Part shown: piece after piece, positions 14,682 through 23,600 of the stretch
Position numbering within the stretch: position 1 is the first letter of the stretch
Layout of the letters: the number at the start of each line of letters is the position of its first letter
Source: a virus
DNA length: 64,000 nt
Reading direction: 5' to 3' (one strand)
Virus record (IMG/VR): IMGVR_UViG_3300026290_000001
The notes under the pieces: model-generated
Told to the model about the DNA's origin: nothing
The model's database searches: none
What the model saw: the letters and a program-made list of their open reading frames with translations, nothing else
Made by a program: the position numbers and the translations under genes

Positions 14682-14927
14682 TCACTCTATTTCAGGATTG
14701 ATAGATAAATCATCTTTGCTTGTACTATTTACATTAGATAAATTATCTTCATTGGACAAATCATCATTAATAATTTGACTTAATTCGTCTATTTTAGAAC
14801 TTAATTTGATAATCTCTATCTGATACATATTATTTTGTAAACATAAAGTGACTACATCTAAGGGCAAATTACTATTGTTTATTAACTCTGCCAGTTTAAT
14901 ATTAAAATCACTTATAATAAAAATCAC
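14682..14927 (-). CDS. hypothetical protein
   Basis: 81-aa acidic ORF in the minus-strand tail array. Its TGA stop (14682-14684) directly abuts the omega-RNA-like region. Confidence 0.4.
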   Translation of the reverse strand: MIFIISDFNIKLAELINNSNLPLDVVTLCLQNNMYQIEIIKLSSKIDELSQIINDDLSNEDNLSNVNSTSKDDLSINPEIE

Positions 14928-14984
14928 TTCCTTTATATTATTTTTTTATCTTATTATATTGTTATTTTTTATCTTACTATCTTG

Positions 14985-15305
14985 CTATATTGTTATCTGC
15001 GCTTTTATTTCAATCCTACAAGTGTTATTAAAAATATCTTTGTTAATATTTATTACTTTTCCATCTAATAATCTATTTATCTCATTTTCGTATTTATCAA
15101 TAAAAACCACATCGATTTTATTATCTAGATTTAATTCTAAAAAACTACAAACATCTGAACTTTTATTTGTTGGGATTTGCCCTATAAATCTGTGATAATA
15201 AATATTTTCCATTTCATGATAATAAACATCTAAAGTTCCTTGTTGAAAATCGTCTGAATAGATATGGTTGTCTAGGCAATTAAATTTTATTTTTAATTTC
15301 ATCAC
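14985..15305 (-). CDS. hypothetical protein
   Basis: 106-aa ORF in the co-directional tail array. No motif recognised. Confidence 0.4.
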   Translation of the reverse strand: MMKLKIKFNCLDNHIYSDDFQQGTLDVYYHEMENIYYHRFIGQIPTNKSSDVCSFLELNLDNKIDVVFIDKYENEINRLLDGKVININKDIFNNTCRIEIKAQITI

Positions 15306-15335
15306 CTTCTTTCAAGTTTATTTATTTTTATATTG

Positions 15336-16262
15336 TTATTGAACTCCGTTTAATTTATCTTCAAGTGTTATAAAATATGAACCATACACTATATCACCTG
15401 GAATCCTATCTGTAATCCCTGTTGAATTCATATTTCCTATTGCTGTTCTTGCAATATTAAATTTCAAAGCAGTTAATGTTTTATTGCTAGATGAAACTTT
15501 TGCATTAGTTATATGATAAGATGTTCCACCTACTGTTACATATTCAGTTAAACCTTTGTAATTCCTAAACTCTACTATTTTATCAACAAACGAATTCCAT
15601 CGATCCCATGTCAAAGTTGTTACTGCACCATGATTATTGAAAGCATTTCTTTCTGCTGTAGTCCAAGACCAATTAGTAGGACGAGATTTTGAAGTAGTTA
15701 AATAAGTATAACCAGACCAATCCGAAACCTCATAATTATAATTACGATCCCTTGCTCTACATCTAAATCCATATTGTGTATTTGGTTGTAAATTATTAAA
15801 TGTGTCTGAAGGAGAATATGGTGAAGCAGTAATTCCATTAGTGCATTGAATATCATAAACATTAGCATTAGATACATTAGAATAGTTTATAGTAATTGAA
15901 TTAGAAGATATTGATGAACTAATATAATATGGTGTAGACAATTTTGATCTTGCTGTAGTTACATATATTGTATCTATTAAATACCAAGTTCCGTTCCATT
16001 TTCCAGATACTGAAACTTTATATTCAGTATTAGGTGTTAATTTTTGATATAAAGGAGGACTAGGCATTGAATTATAAATATCGTGCCATGTATTATAAGT
16101 AGAATTGGTTGATGTCCAATTATTCCAATATACATACTCTTGTGTACTTGACTTTACAAGCACAATCTCAAATCCACCATAATCTTTTGCAGGATATGTT
16201 AATTCAGTAACATTGATTCGCATAGAATTGGAAGTTACATTATTGGCATATATTCTAGCCAT
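15336..16262 (-). CDS. tail protein with two fibronectin type III-like domains
   Basis: Two FN3 signatures (LTPNTEYKVSVSGKW..YVTT and LQPNTQYGFRCRARD..WSGYTYLTT). Confidence 0.55.
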   Translation of the reverse strand: MARIYANNVTSNSMRINVTELTYPAKDYGGFEIVLVKSSTQEYVYWNNWTSTNSTYNTWHDIYNSMPSPPLYQKLTPNTEYKVSVSGKWNGTWYLIDTIYVTTARSKLSTPYYISSSISSNSITINYSNVSNANVYDIQCTNGITASPYSPSDTFNNLQPNTQYGFRCRARDRNYNYEVSDWSGYTYLTTSKSRPTNWSWTTAERNAFNNHGAVTTLTWDRWNSFVDKIVEFRNYKGLTEYVTVGGTSYHITNAKVSSSNKTLTALKFNIARTAIGNMNSTGITDRIPGDIVYGSYFITLEDKLNGVQ

Positions 16263-16345
16263 AAAATCACCTAAATTTCTTTATAATTGAATAAATTATT
16301 TAAAAAAGAATAATAATAATTAATAAGCAAAATAGTTAAATAGTA

Positions 16346-16374
16346 TTGTAAAAAATTAGATAATATGATAGTAT
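16346..16374 (+). promoter_or_regulatory. sigma-A-type promoter with extended -10 for the plus-strand moron
   Basis: TTGTAA (16346-16351), a 17-nt spacer, then TG-n-TAGTAT (-10 at 16369-16374). The 14-mer AATATGATAGTATA (16362-16375) is identical to 62502-62515. Confidence 0.5.
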
Positions 16375-16391
16375 AAATATATATTATTAAA

Positions 16392-16991
16392 ATGAAAGGA
16401 TGTATAATAATGAAAATTAAAAACTTATCTTATCTGTTTATTGGTTTGCTAGTTGGGTGTTTATTTCCCATTCAATCTTTATTTGCCGAACAACCTATTA
16501 CATTAATTATCAATGGTAAAACAATTACTAATGCTTCACCACAAATAGTTTCAGATAGAACGTATGTACCTTTGAGGGTAATATCCGAAGAATTAGGTGC
16601 AACAGTTGAATGGGACGGAGTAAATAGGGTAGTTAGGGTTAATAGTGGGGATGGACAAAAAATTGAAAAGATTAATCAAAATCAAACTCAAAACAATAAT
16701 GATAATAGTAATGTGGAGAGCAACCCTAGAGATAATATCAATTATATTAGTAGTGATGATATGGAAAAATATTACGAAAGAGATACAAATAAAGGTTTTG
16801 TAAAAAATCGTTGGGTAGATGGTAAATATTTTATTGACTATGATAGAAAAATTACACGTTTTGAAGATTATGAATATTATTATGATAGAGAAAGAGATAT
16901 ATTTTATTGGGCAGATTATAAGGCAATTTTAATCTTTGGAGAAACAATAAAAGATTATCCTAAATATAAATTTAACCAAATACAGCAGTAG
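16392..16991 (+). CDS. secreted lipoprotein with copper-amine-oxidase-N-terminal-like (stalk) domain; moron
   Basis: Only plus-strand gene in the tail module. Signal peptide with lipobox LLVGC (the likely start is the second ATG at 16410). Domain motif ITLIINGKTI..PQIVSDRTYVPLRVISEELGATVEWD. Has its own promoter and overlaps the convergent tail gene by 20 nt. Confidence 0.7.
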   Translation: MKGCIIMKIKNLSYLFIGLLVGCLFPIQSLFAEQPITLIINGKTITNASPQIVSDRTYVPLRVISEELGATVEWDGVNRVVRVNSGDGQKIEKINQNQTQNNNDNSNVESNPRDNINYISSDDMEKYYERDTNKGFVKNRWVDGKYFIDYDRKITRFEDYEYYYDRERDIFYWADYKAILIFGETIKDYPKYKFNQIQQ

Positions 16992-19845
16992 AAGAAATAG
17001 CATCTCCTTCAACTAAAACTCTTTTTGCTCCATACCAACTACTACCAACATAAACTTCATCACCTAATAAAACTTGATTAGCACTTATTTGTAAATGTGG
17101 ATAAGTAGAACCACCTGCTGAAATAATAACATTATGACCAGAAGTAGTGTACATTAAAATTTCTTTATTACTACTATTTTTTCCACCTATTTGCAAAGAA
17201 TTAAATGCAGTAAAATCTCCAGCAGTTATTTGATTAGCATATATTTTACCAGTAATAACATAATCTTTTCCTAATTGTGTAGTTAAGGCAGTATTAGTAA
17301 CATAGTTTGCTAAATCACCAGAATATACTAAATCTGTTGGTTTATCTATCACTTTGCCCCATGCTATATAAGCATTCGGACCCATTTGAATATTGTCACC
17401 AACAATTAACTCATTAACTTTTAGTTTATTTGCACCAACACTACCATTGGACAAATAATTACCATTGATTTTATTTAAAGAATCCAATACATTAGTACCT
17501 GCAATTTTTAAACTCGAACAATCTATATTACCTTGAATATCTGCTGATGTTGCCACTAAGTGACCTGAAAGGGAAACCCTGAAGGGTGCATAATTATAGT
17601 TACTACTACCTAAATATATTCCATTCGTGTCGGCTTTAAATATGGCATTACCCGATCCTATCTGCATATGTCCTTTTAATATTAAATTACCATCAATGTC
17701 AGCATATAATTTTTTGTTCCATTGAGAACCTTCATATTTTTCAATAGTGAATCCATCTGTTGCGTTAGATATGGAACGTACTTTATTGTCTGAACGGGTA
17801 ATTGTTAGTCCATCTGTTATATCTATTTTTACACCATTATAGAGTTTATTTTCTAAGAGTACTCCTTCTGCTAATTCTGAAACTGGTAATCCACCATCCG
17901 TTATTTGTAGGGAAAGACCTGAAATTTTTACTCCCGTTTCATTGACGGTGAAGAATTTTTTACCTTCGTTGTTTGATGCGTCTATTATGAGGTTTTGACC
18001 AATTAATAAAGTACCTAAAATTCTTTCTGCTACAATCCGATCTGGCAAAATCGCAGTATGAAATGTATTACCTCCATCTTGGGTAAGAGTAATTACACCA
18101 TGCATCATACGAATAAATTTATCAGAATCGTTCGGATCTATAATACTGATGCCTCTTCTATCAGTAATTACCGTCTCATTACCACAAGCAATTACTGCTT
18201 GTTTAGTAGCATCCCATGCATTATTTATAATTTTCTGTACTTCATTATTAGCATTTTCACCCAATGACCATTTATATTTTTCCATATCAACAGTAGTAGA
18301 TGTGCTCACTGCTTGATTTATTCTCTTTAAAAACAAATCATAATCACGATTAATATTTTCAATATTACTAATTACAAGATTGACACTATTTTCTTCAAAA
18401 TCAAAATCCATTTCAATAATTTTTGCCATAATGCTAATATCAAAAGTTTCATGGTCAATTCTAACCAAATCACCTAAAATCAATTTACCTTTATCTAATT
18501 GACAATCTTCATCTAAATATTGATCAATATTTATCGAATCTATCTCTATTAATATTTGTGGTGTATTTATTTTTACAAACTGTTCTTTACCCCAAGATAA
18601 TAATTCTTTAGCATCAAAGATGTATTGATTTTCAACAGTTTTTACAACTATATAATCAGTAAGTTCAAATAATTCAGATTGAGTAAAATTACTTTCCATA
18701 CGCAATGTGTCACCAAGAGAAATTATATTAGATTGTACAGAATTTATTTGTGATTGTTTATTACTAATTTCAGTGTTTTTATTATTTATTTCATTTTGTT
18801 TGGCAGATTGTTGTGCTAATAAATCATAAGCACTTTGACCCTTAGATTGTGCCAAATCTATATTGTCTTGAATTATTATTAATTCAGATTGTAGTGTAAT
18901 TAATTGACTATTTAAAATTATTAGTTCTGCTTCATATGTTTCTAATTGAGATAAATAACCTTGATATATACCATCATTATCTTGTAATTTTTTATTATAA
19001 GCCAATAAAGCATGACATAATTCATTGGACATATAATGACTACTTTGAATTACATTGCCTTGCTCATCTTCTGTATATGGATAAAGAAAATATCCAAAGT
19101 TATCTAAATAGTCAGTACCAGTTATATTGTATTCATTTATACTTAATCCCGATTTGCCATAAATTTTTAAACGAGTGCAAAAATCTGAATCATCCAAAGA
19201 TTGATTTAGTGATTTCAAATAGATACCATAATTAAAATTTAAACCAGTGTAGTTTCCGATTTGGTCTAATTTATAAAAACTTATCTTTTTATTTTCAGTA
19301 TCCCATTTAATAATTGCACTAAATGTTTCTGAAACTGTAAATATTGCATCTAGTACCGTAGCAGAAGTAATTTCTAACATGCGAAATTTAGTGTCGAACT
19401 CTGAATTCACGTACCCCAAAGACCATGTAGTTTCCTTTAACAAATCGGTCATTATTTGTGATAATGTTTTGGATTCAACTTTATATCCTCTAATTAAATT
19501 ATCTTTTAATTTAAAGGGGAGAGAAAAACATTCCACTTGAAACGAATCTATATCTTCACCCATATTTTGAATTGGTTTTTGTATAATAAACCATTCAATT
19601 TTATTATTATATTCAAATTTTATTAGGTATTTATAACGAATCATATTAAGATGTTTGTTATAAACTAATTCGTTCTCTATTTCAATATATAAAGGAAGAT
19701 CAAACGATAATTCTGAAATATTACCAAGTTTACAGTTATATTGTATATTAAATGCCTGATTAGATAAATCTGCAATAATATTTCTATCAGGTTTTGTAAG
19801 ATATAGTTTTGGTTTTTGTAGTAAGTCTATTATAAATATCACCAC
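16972..19845 (-). CDS. tail-associated minor structural protein (prophage tail endopeptidase / Tal-like)
   Basis: 957 aa immediately after Dit. The N-terminal region is of the phage minor-structural-protein type, followed by a central coiled coil (LETYEAELIILNSQLITLQSELIIIQDNI) and a C-terminal beta-rich domain. Confidence 0.7.
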   Translation of the reverse strand: MVIFIIDLLQKPKLYLTKPDRNIIADLSNQAFNIQYNCKLGNISELSFDLPLYIEIENELVYNKHLNMIRYKYLIKFEYNNKIEWFIIQKPIQNMGEDIDSFQVECFSLPFKLKDNLIRGYKVESKTLSQIMTDLLKETTWSLGYVNSEFDTKFRMLEITSATVLDAIFTVSETFSAIIKWDTENKKISFYKLDQIGNYTGLNFNYGIYLKSLNQSLDDSDFCTRLKIYGKSGLSINEYNITGTDYLDNFGYFLYPYTEDEQGNVIQSSHYMSNELCHALLAYNKKLQDNDGIYQGYLSQLETYEAELIILNSQLITLQSELIIIQDNIDLAQSKGQSAYDLLAQQSAKQNEINNKNTEISNKQSQINSVQSNIISLGDTLRMESNFTQSELFELTDYIVVKTVENQYIFDAKELLSWGKEQFVKINTPQILIEIDSINIDQYLDEDCQLDKGKLILGDLVRIDHETFDISIMAKIIEMDFDFEENSVNLVISNIENINRDYDLFLKRINQAVSTSTTVDMEKYKWSLGENANNEVQKIINNAWDATKQAVIACGNETVITDRRGISIIDPNDSDKFIRMMHGVITLTQDGGNTFHTAILPDRIVAERILGTLLIGQNLIIDASNNEGKKFFTVNETGVKISGLSLQITDGGLPVSELAEGVLLENKLYNGVKIDITDGLTITRSDNKVRSISNATDGFTIEKYEGSQWNKKLYADIDGNLILKGHMQIGSGNAIFKADTNGIYLGSSNYNYAPFRVSLSGHLVATSADIQGNIDCSSLKIAGTNVLDSLNKINGNYLSNGSVGANKLKVNELIVGDNIQMGPNAYIAWGKVIDKPTDLVYSGDLANYVTNTALTTQLGKDYVITGKIYANQITAGDFTAFNSLQIGGKNSSNKEILMYTTSGHNVIISAGGSTYPHLQISANQVLLGDEVYVGSSWYGAKRVLVEGDAISSTAVFG

Positions 19846-19864
19846 CTTTCTAAATAATTAAATA

Positions 19865-20638
19865 CTAATAAAATCTGAATTCATATTTCATGTCCAAAAA
19901 ACACTTGCCATCAACCTTTAGTCTATTTTTACCATAAGGCAAACTCATATAATAATTATTTATAAGTTTGTCATATCTATAAATAGGTGGAGGTGTGCTT
20001 TCTAACGAACTTTCTATATTTCTTCTCTTACAATCGATTTGTACAATTTCATTATCTTCTAATTCTGAAAATCCAAATTCTTTACCGTTAGATAAATTTA
20101 AAATAGATACTTTACCTTTTTCTAGTTTTTTAATTGTTATTATAGGTAAAACATCCACATCTCCTAAATTATTAAATACAAAATGATTAGTACTTTCTTT
20201 GCTAAAATCATAAGATTCTAAATAGATATGCGAATGTGCATAAGAACTCTTACATCTAAATTGACAAGTTATATAACCTTGATTTATACCATTATGAGAT
20301 ATTTGTGGATCAGAAATTAAAATACAATAATAAATTTTATCAGGATTTTCCGAAAAACGCATTTTAGCATAATATGGTTTTCTTAACCATCGTTTAACCC
20401 TTTGTAAAGATTCTTCCGTCCATCCCTTTTTAAAAGCAAAAACTAAATCCAGTATTAAAGGTTTTGGTTTAACTTCTTGAAAATAAGGTTCATTTCTACC
20501 ACGTATTTCAGTTTCAATTATTTCTACTTCTGCTACAAAAGGTTCTTCTGTCATTCCAGAAGAAAGATTACAATTTATAATATCGTAATCATATGAATAT
20601 TCATTATCAAATTCAAAATACGCAGAATCTTTTATCAT
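19865..20638 (-). CDS. distal tail protein (Dit-like)
   Basis: 257 aa directly downstream of the tape measure and upstream of the Tal-like gene, the canonical siphovirus order TMP-Dit-Tal. Confidence 0.65.
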   Translation of the reverse strand: MIKDSAYFEFDNEYSYDYDIINCNLSSGMTEEPFVAEVEIIETEIRGRNEPYFQEVKPKPLILDLVFAFKKGWTEESLQRVKRWLRKPYYAKMRFSENPDKIYYCILISDPQISHNGINQGYITCQFRCKSSYAHSHIYLESYDFSKESTNHFVFNNLGDVDVLPIITIKKLEKGKVSILNLSNGKEFGFSELEDNEIVQIDCKRRNIESSLESTPPPIYRYDKLINNYYMSLPYGKNRLKVDGKCFLDMKYEFRFY

Positions 20639-20652
20639 TGCTGTTCACCACC

Positions 20653-20688
20653 TTAAAACAAAACAGAAGGGGAGTAGATACCCCTTCT
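20653..20688 (-). terminator. intrinsic terminator between tape measure and Dit
   Basis: Minus strand reads TAGAAGGGGTATCTACTCCCCTTCTGTTTTGTTTT: an 8-bp GC-rich stem overlapping the TMP stop codon, followed by a U-run. Confidence 0.7.
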
Positions 20689-23600
20689 ATTTACCAAGTT
20701 TACTCATTCCATTATTTATCCGTTTAAAGAAACCATCAACACCTTTTTCTGTGTTTTCTACTTTATCTATATGAACATTCATATTATAAGTTACGTTACC
20801 TCCACCAGCAAACTGTAATTGTGGAGTTGCATTGGCAATTAATTTTTGCATATTAGGAATTAGATATCTTTCAATATTTTTTGGTGGAATTAAAATTTCA
20901 TTTGTTAGTGCTTTGATTATATGTTCATTGGCACTGGTATTGAAAAATTTATTAAATTTATCAACAAAACCAAATGATTTATCTCCGACTATACCACCTT
21001 CATGATATATCCTAATTTGTCTTTTCTTTTCATCCCATTCTACTTGATGACCTAATGCTTCTGCAACTTCCCTGATAGAAAGATATGTTGTTCCGTCAAC
21101 ATTTTTAGCTGGTTTAAATCTCTTTCCACCAATTATAATTGTCTGGTTTTGTCCATAACCTTCCCAATCAGCAGATGCTCCTAAAAGTGATGCAAGAAGT
21201 CTAGATTGCATAATTGCTCTATTATTGACAAGTTCAAAAGAACCAGAATCCAATACTGCCATAGGTTGTCTACCAGATGTGTTAGAACTAGGATTAGTAC
21301 TTTCCAAAGAGGGAATAGACATATTCGCACTATTTGCACTTTCTAATAATGCTAATGCCTGTTCCATTTTTGTAATTAAATTAGCACTAATACTATTACC
21401 AATAAACTCTAAATTGCCATTTACAAAAGTTTTAAATTCTGCAAAAGCTGATTTAACTTTATCAATATTACCATTTATAATATCAGAACGAATTTGGGCA
21501 AACTTTTGTTCGTCATTAATTAAATCGTCATAGTGTTTTTCGGTTTCTCTTTTAATTCTATCCAACCTATCTTTTTCTAAGTTAAGTTTAGTATCTTCTG
21601 CTTTTTTCTTTGCATCAATATCTTTTTTATAAGCATCTAATTGGTCTTTAAGATTTTCTTTACGTAAATCAATTGAATGGTCATGTTGATATTCATTAAT
21701 TTCATCCTCTTGTTCTGCCAATTGTTTTATTAATTCTGCTTTTTTTGCTTTTGCTTCAAAAGAATCATCTAATGATAAAACGTCAATATTTTTTTGAGTT
21801 TCTAATATTGCTTTTTGTTTCTTTTCCAATTCACGATTATAATCATGCTCATTTTCTTCTCTATCTAGTGCTTTGATTCGTGCATTGATGTAATCTTCAA
21901 ATTGTTTTAATTCATCATCAAGATTATCAGTTGCTTGTTTATGACGTTTTTCTTCTGCTTTCATTTGTTCATCTATGGCATCTAATGCAACTTGTTTTTG
22001 TTTTTCATAGATATTTTTATAGATAGAGATGATTTCGTCTGCTATGGATGCTAGTTGTTGTTTGATAGAGAATTGGAGATTGATATATTCTTGCTTTAGT
22101 TGTTTTAAAGTATTTATCAATTCTTGTTTTTGGTCAGCATTGTATCTATCACTTGCTAATTCCTGTTGAACTAATGCTATTTTATTTCTTAAAATATTAA
22201 CACTTTCAATATTAATTTGATTTTCTCGTTCTAATAATGCAATATATTCAGCAGACCCTTTTTCTAATAAAGACATTTCATTTCTAAGGTTTTCTTTTTC
22301 TTGAGTTAAATCAGATAGTTTAATATCTTCAATTGATAAATTAATTTTAAATTCAGCAAAACTCAAATCTCTTATTTCATCATCTATACCTTGAATTTCT
22401 TTTTTAAGACCTTCTGCACTATCTTTGAGTTTTTTAAAATCTTCAATCGCTTTTGCAATTTTTTCATTCTTTATATCAACTTCAATTGTATCTGTTGAAC
22501 CAGACATTATTTTGTTAAAGTCAGATTCAGACAACCCTTTTCCAATATAAGACCGTAGATTCTGTTCTGCTTGTTTTAGACTTGAATCAAAAGTGTTATT
22601 TATATCTAAAAGCAGGTTTTGTTTTTTTTGTAATAAAAGTATCATTTGGTCATATATTTCTGTTTTTTGTTCAAAAGAAGTTACATCGTCAAGTTGATCT
22701 TTAAAAGTTTCTATTTCTCTGTTAATTGCTTCGAGTGCTTCTTTCCAAACTTCAAAGGTTTTGGTAAAGGATTTGGAGGATTTAGAGGAAGAACCATATC
22801 TATCTAAAGAACTAGATACATTAAGATTTTTAAACTTAGATGCCATATCTCTAGTGGCTTTTTGAAATTCAGCATAATCTTTAAGCATCTGGTTTGTTTT
22901 AGAATCAACAGCTAAAGCACTACCGCTTTCAATACGTCTAAAATCACCCATACTCGAAGGATTTACTAATAGCGTACCTGCATTAAAAGCATCAAAATAT
23001 TTCGCCCATTCAGAACCTAATTTGCTTATTAATTGCAATTCAATTGCTTCTCTTGCTTGAGCTAAATTTGCCCATTGAGTTACATTATTGCCATATAATT
23101 TTGATAAATGATTAAATAATTCAGCATGGTTATTTTTAACACTGTTATAGAAATTAATATCTTGTTCTTTAGTTTTTATAAAGGCATCATAAATTGCATT
23201 TTGGTAATCTTCTGTGTCTTTGACAAGTTGTTGTCTTAATTTGGACTCATCTTCAAGTAGAGGAATATAATCTTGATAATCAGATATTATTTTTTCTATT
23301 GAAGATTGAGTAAGACCTTTGTCAGATAATTCATCAAGAAAACCTTTTAGGTCTTTTATTTTAGATACATTGTCTTTGTAAGTGGTTTGAAAATCGGAGA
23401 GAGCTTTTTCATATTGATTTAAAGTATTAATCGCATTTTTTGAATCAATAGTAGAAGGATATAGTGATGCAAAATTAATAGCAAATTCTTTTAAATCGGG
23501 ATTACCTTTAGTTAATGTATTAATTAAATTAGTTATTTCCTTAGATGTTTTTGATAATCCATCTCTATTTTTCTTAGAATCATCGCCACTATTAATAGCA

